Assembly (NCBI GenBank): GCA_965205505.1
Contig: CBDBHB010000008.1
Coordinates: 384,001 to 448,000 of the forward strand
Length of the DNA: 64,000 nucleotides
Direction of reading: 5' to 3'
Origin: Acidobacteriota bacterium
GTDB taxonomy: Bacteria > Acidobacteriota > UBA890 > WLXD01
The translations under genes were made by a program, and so were the position numbers. Under the pieces are notes generated by a model. It did no database searches and had not been told where the DNA came from. It worked only from the letters and a program-made list of their open reading frames with translations. The first letter of the stretch is position 1, and each line of letters starts with the position of its first letter. Below, piece after piece: positions 1 to 12,442 of the stretch.

Positions 1-179
1 TCGCCCGCCTGCAACGAGGGGCCCAGCGTCGAAGAAGACTGAGCGCGGAGCTGGGCGATGTCGCTCTTCAGCTCACGGTTCTCGCTAACCAACGCCCACA
101 TTACGTAGGCCGTACCAACTGCCAGGGTCAAAAATAGCGCACTACTGACCCATTCAGGCATATGACGTCCGAATATCAT
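1..179 (-). CDS. Membrane-anchored hypothetical protein, 5' part (runs off the left edge); possibly redoxin/TlpA-like
   Basis: Manual translation MIFGRHMPEWVSSALFLTLAVGTAYVMWALVSENRELKSDIAQLRAQSSSTLGPSLQAG; GGGAGGTG RBS just before the ATG at 179; TM helix then coiled coil. The family guess is inference. Confidence 0.55.
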   Translation of the reverse strand, partial: MIFGRHMPEWVSSALFLTLAVGTAYVMWALVSENRELKSDIAQLRAQSSSTLGPSLQAG

Positions 180-248
180 GTTTTCACCTCCCAACTACTC
201 GATCAAGATTTTTACAGTGTTTTAACTAGTGAAAATATTTAATGACAT

Positions 249-290
249 ATTTTAGTTAGTTAGTGACTCATAGGTCAAGAGTGGTCAAGA
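249..290 (-). promoter_or_regulatory. Candidate sigma70 promoter with a tandem 10-bp-period repeat, inside an AT-rich tract
   Basis: Minus strand TTGACC (273-278) - 18 nt - TAAAAT (249-254); GGTCAAGA repeated at 273-280 and 283-290. Confidence 0.35.
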
Positions 291-392
291 GTTGTTAGAC
301 TTGTTTTTAACTTAATTTACCTTGATTCATATCGATTTATATCTAATTTAATTTATAAGAATGAATTTCTATGTTTTTCTATTTTTAACTAG

Positions 393-539
393 CTAATACT
401 GACTTTTACTAGGCCCCCAAGATCCCCGGACGGTGCCTGCTCGAGGGGGCTCAAGCGACCACATCACGGAGGCAACGCCAATCGACAGGATCAGCAACAG
501 CGCACTGCCGGTCCATTTGGGCATACGCAACCGGAGCAT
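393..539 (-). pseudogene. Truncated paralog of the N-terminus of the gene at 1-179
   Basis: MLRLRMPKWTGSALLLILSIGVASVMWSL aligns with MIFGRHMPEWVSSALFLTLAVGTAYVMWAL; same GGGAGG..AAAAC-ATG context; similarity is lost after the TM helix. Confidence 0.45.
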
Positions 540-850
540 GTTTTTCTGACCCTCCCGGGACTCGTTAGGTCTGGCAATCGGGGACAGCGTGCCGAGCTGT
601 CTCAACTCGTGATTCCTCCGAGAATTACTTCTTGATGACTCACAACCCCGCTCGAAGGCGGTCACTTGTTCGCCGGGTTTGACTCGCGGTTCCAACAGGC
701 GTCACGATGAGGTTTCTGGTAAACCCGCACCCAAGGAATAGTCCGCGTGGCCGATTTCCGAAGTTGTAGGCGCGTATCCTTGGCGCGGCCCCGGCGACGC
801 GCCTCGGCGCACGGCCGGACGCGGCCTCGCCAGGGCCTTTGAGCTGAGGC

Positions 851-1753
851 ATGGTCGACGACCTCACGACGGTCATCTGGCTGGCCGGGGCCGGTCGCTG
901 GCTCGCCTACGCGTGCACGCTCTGGATCGGTGGCACCGTCCTGGCGGAGCTCTTGCTGGTCGGCGCGGACGTCGACCGGCGACCAATGGGTCGCCGACTC
1001 GCCGGGCCAGCAATTGCCGCAGCCGCCGGCTTGGTGGCGCTGCGCGCGAGCCTGCTCTGGGCACAGGCATGGCTGCTGTTCGCTCTCGATGAACCGGTTA
1101 CGTTCGAGCTCGTACGCGTGGTGGCGCTACGGACCAGTTGGGGGACCGGATGGCAATGTCAGGTCGCCGCCGGGATCGTGGCGCTGATCGGCTTCGCGCT
1201 TCGTCGGGCGGGTGCACCCGCCGGACGGGTGGTGGCCGCGGTCGGCTGTGCCGGCGCGGCGCTAAGCGTGCCGCTGACCGGGCACGCCGTCGAGCAAGGA
1301 TGGCTGAACGTGCCGGTCGGAACACAGATGCTGCATGTGGTCGGCGCCACCGCCTGGATCGGAACGCTAGCGGTGCTGGCGACTGTGCTCCTCCGCCCCG
1401 GCGCGACCGTTACCCACCACGAGGTAGCGCGCGCCATTCACCGCTTCTCGCCGTTGGCGCTGACCGCAGCGGCGACTCTATTGCTCACCGGCGTCACGAC
1501 CTCGTGGTTCTACATGGGCGAGATCAACGCACTCTGGACAACGAACTACGGGCGAGCGCTGGCGCTCAAGGCTCTGGTGTTCGTAACGATCGGGTCCATC
1601 GGCTACATCAACTGGCGACGGGTGCGTCCGCAGCTCGGAACCAGCGCCGGCACCGATCGCCTGCGCCGCAGCGTCGCCGTCGAGCTAACGTGGGCGACTG
1701 TGCTCCTGCTCGTCACCGCGGTACTGGTGGCGTTGCCGATGCCCATGGGCTGA
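851..1753 (+). CDS. CopD family copper resistance/uptake membrane protein
   Basis: About 8 TM segments; LTGHA, LHVVGATAWIG, RFSPLA, TTNYGRALALK motifs. Confidence 0.8.
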   Translation: MVDDLTTVIWLAGAGRWLAYACTLWIGGTVLAELLLVGADVDRRPMGRRLAGPAIAAAAGLVALRASLLWAQAWLLFALDEPVTFELVRVVALRTSWGTGWQCQVAAGIVALIGFALRRAGAPAGRVVAAVGCAGAALSVPLTGHAVEQGWLNVPVGTQMLHVVGATAWIGTLAVLATVLLRPGATVTHHEVARAIHRFSPLALTAAATLLLTGVTTSWFYMGEINALWTTNYGRALALKALVFVTIGSIGYINWRRVRPQLGTSAGTDRLRRSVAVELTWATVLLLVTAVLVALPMPMG

Positions 1754-1866
1754 TTCGACGCGGATCGGCGCGCGATATCATCGTCTCGAACGGACGCGAG
1801 GTCCTTCCAGCACCAGCACAGGCGCCCGAGGAGGTCATCATCAACGACGAACGCGAGCCCCCGCGC

Positions 1867-2133
1867 GTGACCGTCAACCCGGTCACGGAACAGCTGGAGA
1901 TGGAATATCCATGCCAGTGGCTCTACAAGCTGATCGGTGCTGACGAGACCTCGCTACGGCAGGCTGTTCTCGAGGTGATCGACGTGCAGGAAGTGACGAT
2001 CGAGCTGTCCAACACCAGCTCCGGCGGCAACTACGTGTCGATCAACGTCGCGGTCCGGGTCTCCAACGCCAACGAACGCACTGGGTTCTATGAATCGCTG
2101 CGAGCGCATCGATCCGTCCGCATGGTGCTTTGA
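1867..2133 (+). CDS. DUF493 / YbeD family protein
   Basis: EYPCQWLYKLIG...SSGGNYVSINV...YESLRAHRSVRMVL; start uncertain (1840 ATC, 1867 GTG or 1900 ATG). Confidence 0.75.
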   Translation: MTVNPVTEQLEMEYPCQWLYKLIGADETSLRQAVLEVIDVQEVTIELSNTSSGGNYVSINVAVRVSNANERTGFYESLRAHRSVRMVL

Positions 2134-2191
2134 GTCAGCACGGGCGCTGGGTTCTGAAGAAACCGGGATTCGTGACTCCCAGGGGCACGAT

Positions 2192-4078
2192 TCAGACGAT
2201 GCGTTCCGACCCTGTCGGTTTTCCGATGTACCGCGCGGCCGCGTAGATCGCCGCCGCCCCCGCCAACATTCCGACCCACCAGGGCATTCCGAACCCGCTC
2301 GGCAGCGTGCCCAGCCCCACGGCCACCGTGCCCGCCAGCAAGGCGTACGGCATCTGCGTGCGCACGTGCTCGATGTGATCGCACCCCGACGCCATCGAAG
2401 ACAGGATGGTGGTGTCGGAGATCGGCGAGCAATGGTCCCCGAGCACCGCACCCGCCAGGACACACGACACGGACGAGTAAAGAATGTGCATCTGACTCTG
2501 GGCACCCGCGGCGCTCAACACGGCCCACACGAGCGGCACGACGAGCGGCATGAGGATTCCCATCGTCGCCCAGCTCGACCCGGTCGAGAACGCCGTGGCG
2601 CCAGCGAGAACGAACACGAGCGACGGCACCACAGCCGGCGTCAGCGAATCGCCGAGGATCGTGACCAGGTAGCTCGCTGTCTGGAGTCCGCCGGAAACAG
2701 CGGCGAGTGACCACGCCAACACCAGGATGATCATCGCGAAGAGCATCTGCTTGAGCCCTGCGTACCAGGCGTCGACGATCTCCGTCAGGGTCAGGATGCG
2801 CTGACCGATCGTCATTGCAACTGCCACCACAGTGCCCAGCAGCGAGCCCCACATCAGCGCCGTGTTGGAGTCGGCGGTGCCAATGATGTCGCGAATCGAA
2901 TCGCCGGTACCGGTGGCGTAGAGTCCGCCGATTACCCCGAAGATGAGCACCGCCAACGGGATGATCGAATTGATGGCGCGTATCGGGCGGCCCTCTTTGA
3001 GCCGCAGCTCAGTGGCGTCGGCCGCCGCCGCGTCGTCGACCTTGGCGCCAGGTCCCAGAACCTGGCCGGTCGTGCGGGCCCGCGTCTCGGCCGCGTGCAT
3101 GGGTCCGAAATCGCGGCGCAAGCCGGCCACGGTGAACACCATGAACATGGTCAGGAACGGATAGTAGCTGTAGGCGATCGAGTTGAGGAAAATTGCGTAG
3201 CTCGACACCTGTATCGCAGGGATCGACGCGATCGCGGTATCGATCAGACCTACCTGATAGCCGATCCAGGTCGACACCAACGCCACGCAGGCGACAGGGG
3301 CGGCAGTCGAGTCGACGATGTAGGCGAGCTTCTCGCGCGATATCCTCAGGCGATCGGTTACCTGCCGCATGGTGTTGCCGACCACCAGCGTGTTGGTGTA
3401 GTCGTCGAAGAAAATCGCCACGCCGAGAGCGCCGGTGGTGAGTTGCCCGCGGCGCCGGTCGGTGGCAAAGCGCACGATGATGTTGACCACACCCTGCATT
3501 CCGCCGTTCTTGATGACGATACCGACCATGCCGCCGATCATGAAGGAGAACAGCAGGATCTGCGCCTGGCTGGGAGTCGAGACCGCGCCCAACACATAGA
3601 CCGCGTAGGTATCGAGCAGGCCGCGAAAGATTCCCCACGGCCCGAACCCGACCAGCGCGGTGGCGCCAAACCACATGCCGAAGAACAGCGCCGGGATCAC
3701 TTGCTTGAACGTCAGCGCCACGGCAATTGCCAGTAGCGCCGGGACGATCGAAATCCAGCCCGGCAACACTCGCACATCGACGGTGGCCACCACTGTCCCG
3801 GCAGACAACAACTCCAACCGGGAATCGCCACGTTGCAGTGTCACATCCACGAACGTCGCCGTGTCGCCGTCGACGCTCGCCTGATAGCGGTTTCCGCCGG
3901 CGCGCAGAACCAGCCCTGGCAGAGTATCGGGTGGACCCGTAGCAGCAACCTGCGTCGGCACGCCGGCGAGCGCGACAGCGGGCGGCTGCAACGCGTAGTC
4001 GGCCTCTTGAGCGTGCGCTGGAGCTGCGGTGAGGAGAAGACAGAAGGCAACGAGCGAGCTCAGGCGGATACGCGACAA
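2192..4078 (-). CDS. Na+/H+ antiporter NhaC family protein with N-terminal extracytoplasmic domain
   Basis: FFDDYTN, LAYIVDSTAAP, FSTGSSWATM, GDHCSPISDTTILSS motifs. Confidence 0.85.
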   Translation of the reverse strand: MSRIRLSSLVAFCLLLTAAPAHAQEADYALQPPAVALAGVPTQVAATGPPDTLPGLVLRAGGNRYQASVDGDTATFVDVTLQRGDSRLELLSAGTVVATVDVRVLPGWISIVPALLAIAVALTFKQVIPALFFGMWFGATALVGFGPWGIFRGLLDTYAVYVLGAVSTPSQAQILLFSFMIGGMVGIVIKNGGMQGVVNIIVRFATDRRRGQLTTGALGVAIFFDDYTNTLVVGNTMRQVTDRLRISREKLAYIVDSTAAPVACVALVSTWIGYQVGLIDTAIASIPAIQVSSYAIFLNSIAYSYYPFLTMFMVFTVAGLRRDFGPMHAAETRARTTGQVLGPGAKVDDAAAADATELRLKEGRPIRAINSIIPLAVLIFGVIGGLYATGTGDSIRDIIGTADSNTALMWGSLLGTVVAVAMTIGQRILTLTEIVDAWYAGLKQMLFAMIILVLAWSLAAVSGGLQTASYLVTILGDSLTPAVVPSLVFVLAGATAFSTGSSWATMGILMPLVVPLVWAVLSAAGAQSQMHILYSSVSCVLAGAVLGDHCSPISDTTILSSMASGCDHIEHVRTQMPYALLAGTVAVGLGTLPSGFGMPWWVGMLAGAAAIYAAARYIGKPTGSERIV

Positions 4079-4131
4079 GGGCAGTCCTTCCTCGCAGGGG
4101 TGACGATCAGGTCCGCCGAATATAGTGCTTT

Positions 4132-4740
4132 TCAGAAGCTCAGCACCAGTCCGACCGACATCTCGAAGTTATGTACGGTCTTGTCGGCAGTCAGGCCGAT
4201 CAGCGGCAGCACGGCCGGATCGATCTTGTCGATCTTGAGCGGGGTGATGTGGTCGCGCACGTCGATGCGCGCCCCCACCGCGCCAAGTCCGAGCTTCACG
4301 CCAACGCCGACGTTGTAGCCCAGGGTAGTGTAATTGTCGGCATCGACGACATCGAACGACAGTCGGTGCAATCCGATGCCGCCTGCCAGGAAGGGGCCTA
4401 CCGGGCCGGGAACCAACTTGACCGCCACGGCAATCTCGGCGTACGTGATACTCGAGCCGATCTGCCCGGGGGTGTCAACGAACAGATCCGTCGGGCTGTA
4501 GAGAATCGCCCCTTCGGCTTGCAACAGGATCGCTCCCAACGACACGCGAGCGCCATACATTCCGGCGTCGCCGAAGCCCAGGCCAACCCCGTTATCTACG
4601 GCATCGAGCACGTCGTCGCCGCCGACGCGGCCGACGGTCAGCGCGACCTCCTGCGCGGTGGCCGCGGCAGGGCTCAGCAGTGCCCCCAGAAGTACCGCGA
4701 AGAAAACACCGCGGACGAACCTTGTGTGCGCAGAGCCCAT
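4132..4740 (-). CDS. Outer-membrane beta-barrel protein
   Basis: Signal peptide, alternating beta strands, C-terminal Phe (GLVLSF). Confidence 0.65.
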   Translation of the reverse strand: MGSAHTRFVRGVFFAVLLGALLSPAAATAQEVALTVGRVGGDDVLDAVDNGVGLGFGDAGMYGARVSLGAILLQAEGAILYSPTDLFVDTPGQIGSSITYAEIAVAVKLVPGPVGPFLAGGIGLHRLSFDVVDADNYTTLGYNVGVGVKLGLGAVGARIDVRDHITPLKIDKIDPAVLPLIGLTADKTVHNFEMSVGLVLSF

Positions 4741-4879
4741 CACCACCCCCAAACGTAGCCACTCATGATCTGAGCCCCCCAACAACGAACATTGTCTCGG
4801 ATCCAACCCCACCTGTCATGCCCATCGGCTAAAGTAGCCGGCGGGCGTGTCCGCGCCCCCATTGTCGACAGAGGATCCG

Positions 4880-6319
4880 ATGGCCCGCACACCGCTGCTC
4901 TGGATCGTACTCGTGACCGGCCTGGTCGCTCCCGCCGAGGCGCACCCGCAGACCTCCGCCCCGCCGCCGCCCGCCGTCGACCCGCGCATCTATGAGCTCG
5001 TCGACGCAACCTCTGCCGACCGCGTCGAGGCGTACATCCGACGGCTGGTCGGCTTCGGCACCCGTCACACGATGTCGGAGACGGAGTCGCAAACCCGGGG
5101 CATCGGTGCCGCACGCCGCTGGATCAAGGCCGAGCTCGACAATATCTCGGAACAGTGCGCCAGCTGCCTCGAGGTGAGCCTCCAGAGCTACTTGCAGGAG
5201 GGCGACCCGAGCACCCGCATCCCCACCGATACCGAGATCGTCAACGTGGTTACGATTCTTCGCGGCACGGTGCACCCGAACCGTTACGTGATCATGAGTG
5301 GCGACATCGACTCGCGAGTGTCTGACGGCCTCAACGCCACCAGCGATTCACCCGGCGCCAACGACAACGCCTCCGGAATGGCAGGCACCATCGAAGCGGC
5401 GCGCGTTTTGTCGCGCTACAAGTACGGGTCGAGCATCATCCTGGTGGGGCTGTCCGGAGAGGAGCAGGGGCTATTCGGTGGTCGCCATATGGCGGCCGTG
5501 GCTCGTGACGAGGGCTGGGATATTGCCGGCATCTTGAACAACGACATGATCGGCAACATCGTGGGGGTCGACGGCGTTATCTCCAACGACACCTTCCGGG
5601 TCTTTTCCGAGCCCACGCCGGTCACCGAGTCGGAGGAGAGCCGGCGGCGCAGACGCACCACCGGCGGCGAGGTCGACGGAGTCTCACGGCAGCTCGCCCG
5701 CTATGTGGCGCGCATCACCGATCTCTACATGACCAACCTGCGGGCCATCATGATCTATCGGCTGGACCGTTTCGGTCGCGGCGGCCACCACCGTCCGTTC
5801 AACGACGCCGGGTTCGCAGGCGTGCGCATCATGGAGACGCACGAGAACTACACGCGCCAGCACCAGGACCTGCGGGTTGAAGACGGCATCCACTACGGCG
5901 ACGTGATCGACGGGGTCAACTTCGACTACGCGCGGAAGCTGACCGCGGTGAACATTGCGTCGCTGGCAGCGCTTGCCTGGGCACCTCCGCAACCGGCGGA
6001 GGTGGCGATCGCTGGCGCGGTGCGCCCCGCCGCGACGTTGCGGTGGCTTCGCGTCGACTCGCCGCTGGTCGCCGGTTACAAGCTCTACTGGCGCGAGACC
6101 ACAGCGCCCCAGTGGCAGAAATCGCGCTGGGTCGGCAGCGGCAACGACTGCAACTTCGAGTCGCCGGCGGGTGACGACTGTCGCGAATACACCCTCGACG
6201 GACTGGTGATCGACAATTTCCTGTTCGGCGTTGCCGCCGTGGGACACGATGGCAACGAGAGCGTCGTCGTGTTTCCAGGCGCCTCGGCGCAGCTCACGCC
6301 GCCACGCTTCCGGCGTTAG
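4880..6319 (+). CDS. M28 family metallopeptidase with C-terminal FN3-like domain
   Basis: Signal peptide; GDIDS, PGANDNASG, GEEQGL, NNDMIG motifs. Confidence 0.85.
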   Translation: MARTPLLWIVLVTGLVAPAEAHPQTSAPPPPAVDPRIYELVDATSADRVEAYIRRLVGFGTRHTMSETESQTRGIGAARRWIKAELDNISEQCASCLEVSLQSYLQEGDPSTRIPTDTEIVNVVTILRGTVHPNRYVIMSGDIDSRVSDGLNATSDSPGANDNASGMAGTIEAARVLSRYKYGSSIILVGLSGEEQGLFGGRHMAAVARDEGWDIAGILNNDMIGNIVGVDGVISNDTFRVFSEPTPVTESEESRRRRRTTGGEVDGVSRQLARYVARITDLYMTNLRAIMIYRLDRFGRGGHHRPFNDAGFAGVRIMETHENYTRQHQDLRVEDGIHYGDVIDGVNFDYARKLTAVNIASLAALAWAPPQPAEVAIAGAVRPAATLRWLRVDSPLVAGYKLYWRETTAPQWQKSRWVGSGNDCNFESPAGDDCREYTLDGLVIDNFLFGVAAVGHDGNESVVVFPGASAQLTPPRFRR

Positions 6320-6340
6320 CAGACCGGCGGCACATCGATC

Positions 6341-7735
6341 ATGGAGCCGCTACCAACGCTCGGCAACGCCGTTGCAGCCCAGCTGAGCTCGATGCTGGGC
6401 AGGCGCTTCAGCACGGCAGACGCCATCCGCAGCCATCATGCGCACGGCGAGGGCTGGGACGCGCCGGTGCTTCCCGGCGGGGTCTGCTTCCCGGAAAGTA
6501 ACGAGGAGGTGGCGGCTATCGTCGCCACGTGCGCCCAACATCGCACGCCCGTTGTTCCCTTCGGCGCCGGCAGCTCGCTCGAAGGGCATGTCGTCCCTCC
6601 GGCGCACGGCGTGTCCATCGACATGACGCGCATGAACCGCATCCTGCGGGTGAATCAGGAGGACCTCGATTGCCGCGTGCAGGCAGGGGTGACGCGCCAG
6701 CAGCTCGACGCACACCTGCAGCCGCAGGGGATGTTCTTCCCTGTCGACCCGGGTGCCGACGCCACGCTGGGAGGCATGACCGCTACCGGCGCCTCCGGAA
6801 CCACCACCGTGCGCTACGGCGCGATGCGCGAGAACGTGCTCGGCCTCACGGTGGTGCTCGCCGACGGAACTATCGTGCAAACCGGAGGTAGAGCACGCAA
6901 GTCTTCGGCCGGCTACGACCTCACGCGATTGTTCATCGGCTCGGAAGGCACGCTGGGAATCATCACCGAGGTCCAGCTCCGGCTGCGCGGCGTTCCGGAG
7001 GCGATCTCGGCCGCCGTCTGTCAGTTCGACCGCATCGGCGCCGCGGTCGAAACGGTAATCGAGGCAATGCAGATCGGCGTGGATCTGGCGCGTAGCGAGC
7101 TGGTCGACGCGCTGATGATGAAGGGCTTCGCACTGCATTCTGGCCTCGACGAGTACGCCCAGCAGCCGACGCTCTTTCTCGAGTTCCACGGCACTCCGGA
7201 ATCGGTCGATGAGCAGGGCCGCCTGGTGGCCGAGGTGTGCGCGCGCAACGGTGGCTCCGAGGTACGTCGGGCGAGCCGCACCGAGGATCGCAGTCGGCTA
7301 TGGAAGGCGCGTCACGACGCCTACTACGCCGTCATCGCGCTCGCGCCAGGCAAGCGCGGCCTGATCACCGACGCCTGCGTGCCGCTTTCCCGGCTCACAG
7401 AATGCATCGAGGCGACGCAGGCCGATATCGAGGAGAACGGGCTGCTGGCCCCGATAGTGGGGCACATCGGCGACGGCAATTTCCACTGTCAGGTGATGTG
7501 CGACCCCGACGACGAGGACGAAGTTGCCGCGGCCAAGTCGTTCGTGACCCGGCTCGCCGAGCGCGCTATCGACATGGGGGGTACGTGCACCGGCGAGCAC
7601 GGCGTGGGCAGCGGCAAGATTGACTTCGTCGAGCGCGAGCACGGTGCCGCGGTCGATGTCATGCGCACCATCAAGCAGGCCCTGGATCCCCTCAACCTCA
7701 TGAACCCGGGCAAGGTGCTGCGGATCGCGCCGTGA
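6341..7735 (+). CDS. FAD-linked oxidase (D-lactate dehydrogenase / GlcD family)
   Basis: PFGAGSSLEGH, KSSAGYDL, GSEGTLG, GHIGDGNFH, GEHGVG motifs. Confidence 0.85.
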   Translation: MEPLPTLGNAVAAQLSSMLGRRFSTADAIRSHHAHGEGWDAPVLPGGVCFPESNEEVAAIVATCAQHRTPVVPFGAGSSLEGHVVPPAHGVSIDMTRMNRILRVNQEDLDCRVQAGVTRQQLDAHLQPQGMFFPVDPGADATLGGMTATGASGTTTVRYGAMRENVLGLTVVLADGTIVQTGGRARKSSAGYDLTRLFIGSEGTLGIITEVQLRLRGVPEAISAAVCQFDRIGAAVETVIEAMQIGVDLARSELVDALMMKGFALHSGLDEYAQQPTLFLEFHGTPESVDEQGRLVAEVCARNGGSEVRRASRTEDRSRLWKARHDAYYAVIALAPGKRGLITDACVPLSRLTECIEATQADIEENGLLAPIVGHIGDGNFHCQVMCDPDDEDEVAAAKSFVTRLAERAIDMGGTCTGEHGVGSGKIDFVEREHGAAVDVMRTIKQALDPLNLMNPGKVLRIAP

Positions 7736-7751
7736 CGCGGCACCGTCCGGG

Positions 7752-8333
7752 TCAGCCCGACGGTTCGCTGCTCACTGCCGACCGCCGGCGACCGCCAAAC
7801 ACCCGATACAGCAAGTACAGCAAGCCGATGGCGAGAGTGAATGTCACCACCGGCACGAAGATAGACAGCACGGAGCCCGACAGGCTCACCACGTCCTCCA
7901 CCATGCTGAGCGCCGGATTGGCGACGCCCGCTGTCGAGGCCGACGACACCAGGCGCGCACCCGACTTGGCGGCGTGCACACCGCCCGCTACCGAGCCGCC
8001 AATAATGACACCGACGACCAGTCCGGTGAGCGGATCGAGGGTGGTAATCGGTGAGGCGGCAGCTACGGCTCCGGCGATCGGTCGCGCGAACGTACCGGCC
8101 ACGTCGAGCAGGTGATCAACAACCGGGAACTTGTCGCCGAGCACCTCCGCACCCACCGCAAGCGCGAAGACGGTCAATGCTGGTGTCGAGGCCATCCACT
8201 CGAAGGACCCGCTGAGCGCGATGACTTCGAAACGGCCCGCCAGTCCCACTACCAACAGCGGCAGGAATGCCCGCAGGCCGGCGGACGCCGCCAGGCCGAC
8301 GCCCATCATTAGCTGCCATGCCAGCTCAACCAT
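7752..8333 (-). CDS. DUF4126 domain membrane protein
   Basis: GLAASAGLRAFLP, DKFPVVDHLLD, NPALSMVED motifs. Confidence 0.8.
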   Translation of the reverse strand: MVELAWQLMMGVGLAASAGLRAFLPLLVVGLAGRFEVIALSGSFEWMASTPALTVFALAVGAEVLGDKFPVVDHLLDVAGTFARPIAGAVAAASPITTLDPLTGLVVGVIIGGSVAGGVHAAKSGARLVSSASTAGVANPALSMVEDVVSLSGSVLSIFVPVVTFTLAIGLLYLLYRVFGGRRRSAVSSEPSG

Positions 8334-8356
8334 ATGGCGATTCTAGCAGCCAGCTG

Positions 8357-9073
8357 CTAGCCGTTGAGCGCCGGGGACTCCTCCAGCGCGTCTACCAGCA
8401 CATCGGCGATGCGATGCAGGCAAGCTCCGTCGGTGACGTGCCGCTGGTTGACCTCGAGCTCGATTCCCACGAAACGCTGTGGCGAATGCTCCCGTCGCAT
8501 CGCCGGCAAGATGCCGTCTGCAGTGCCGCTGTAGGGGCGGTTGAACCAGACCACGAGGTCGGTCGTGCGCTCGAATCGAGCCTTGATATCGGCGCACACG
8601 GCGTGCTCGATGCCCCAATGCGGATCGTGTAGGAGACCGATGTCGTTGCCGCGGGCGCTTCCCGCTAGCGCCGGCGTGAAGGTGTGCACGCACACCTGCA
8701 CGCAACGTCCCTGGCGGGCGACAATCTGGTCGGCGGCGGCGGCCACCCCATCCCTGTAGGGCCGGTAGTAGAGATCGATACGAGACTTCCGATCGTCGGC
8801 GCTGAGTCCGTAGTTGAACGGCACCCGATGACCGTCGGAGATCCGCCGAATCAGCATCCGGTTGTCGACCGAGCGGTTCAGATCGACTACCAGGCGAGAG
8901 AACTCACCGCTCCAAACAGGCACCTGCCATCGCCCGGCGATGCGTTCGGCGATCACCAGCGCACCCGGATCCCACGCGATGTGAAGATCCAGCAGGTGTC
9001 GGTCGAGGGTGAGCTCCCTCGGCAGGCGATTCGACGCGTGCTCACAGGTCACCAGCACTTGTTCGCGCAGCAT
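8357..9073 (-). CDS. N-formylglutamate amidohydrolase family protein
   Basis: TCEHASN, HIAWDPGA, SRLVVDLNR, HTFTP, NRPYSG, ELEVNQ motifs. Confidence 0.85.
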   Translation of the reverse strand: MLREQVLVTCEHASNRLPRELTLDRHLLDLHIAWDPGALVIAERIAGRWQVPVWSGEFSRLVVDLNRSVDNRMLIRRISDGHRVPFNYGLSADDRKSRIDLYYRPYRDGVAAAADQIVARQGRCVQVCVHTFTPALAGSARGNDIGLLHDPHWGIEHAVCADIKARFERTTDLVVWFNRPYSGTADGILPAMRREHSPQRFVGIELEVNQRHVTDGACLHRIADVLVDALEESPALNG

Positions 9074-9169
9074 GGGCAAGTGGCTCCCTTCGCACATCCA
9101 TCGCCGTGGCGGCGGCCCCGGTCGGGTATTGTAGCCAGCGGCTGGTGAACCCGCTGACAGGAGAGAGCT

Positions 9170-9334
9170 TTGGCGGCCACGCCCGCGGCGGCTCGGCGCT
9201 TCGAAGCGCTGGGAGCCTCGATCGTGCTCGTGCCCACCGACTCTGCCGTGGCGTCGTGGGAACGCTCCGACTGCTTCAGCGAGCTCTATCGAGATTCCGC
9301 GTGGCTCGCCGTCCGCGTGAATGGCGCCTGCTAG
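9170..9334 (+). pseudogene. Short ORF, probably a C-terminal gene remnant ending at the MITE target CTAG
   Basis: LAATPAAARRFEALGASIVLVPTDSAVASWERSDCFSELYRDSAWLAVRVNGAC*; family not recognised. Confidence 0.25.
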
Positions 9335-9401
9335 CAGGCGGTGGTGGAAGTGTGGCCCGAAGGGTTACGGCCACCACACTTCCACCACGGCGGCCTGCTA
9401 G
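9331..9401. mobile_element. Internally deleted copy of the CTAG-flanked MITE
   Basis: CTAGCAGGCGGTGGTGGAAGTGTGG ... CCACACTTCCACCACGGCGGCCTGCTAG; internal CCCGAAGGGTTACGG also present in the full copy at 51846-51860. Confidence 0.75.
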
Positions 9402-9735
9402 CTCAGCGCAAACACACGGGCAAAGACCTTACCGTCGACGCGCGCAGCGCCATCGCTGCCTACGCAGACGACGCTTGGAGCATCCACCTCCGCTTCCAGC
9501 AGCCGGCAAACCAGGTCCTGCGCGACCCCCACCATGTCGGAACGCTGCTGTTGCGAAGCGAGGTGGTAGCAGATCGGCTCGACTCGCACCTCGACCTCGA
9601 AGCCCGTCAGGGAGCTCTCGACGCTGAACAGGTAGCACGCCGTTTCCACCATCGGATCGCGAGCAAGCGCCTGCACCAGCCGAAGTTGATACGTCTTACC
9701 CGCCGCCTCCTCCTCGTGCCCGTCAGCCTCAGGCG

Positions 9736-9739
<4 letters not shown>
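9398..9739 (-). CDS. Hypothetical protein
   Basis: 113-aa ORF with 4-bp overlap to the upstream CMD gene (translational coupling). Confidence 0.55.
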
Positions 9740-12275
<2,536 letters not shown>

Positions 12276-12442
12276 TCTGATTATGCACCAGGGCATGGCC
12301 GGCGGCGCTCGACGACCAGCTCGGGTTTCGCTCCCCTGTCGACACGTGTTGCCGCTGCTACAATTGCGCCTGACCGTGGACCTTTGGGGGCGGGGCGGTC
12401 CACGTCATTTCCCGTTTCACCGCACCGCGAGGAGGTGGGCCC

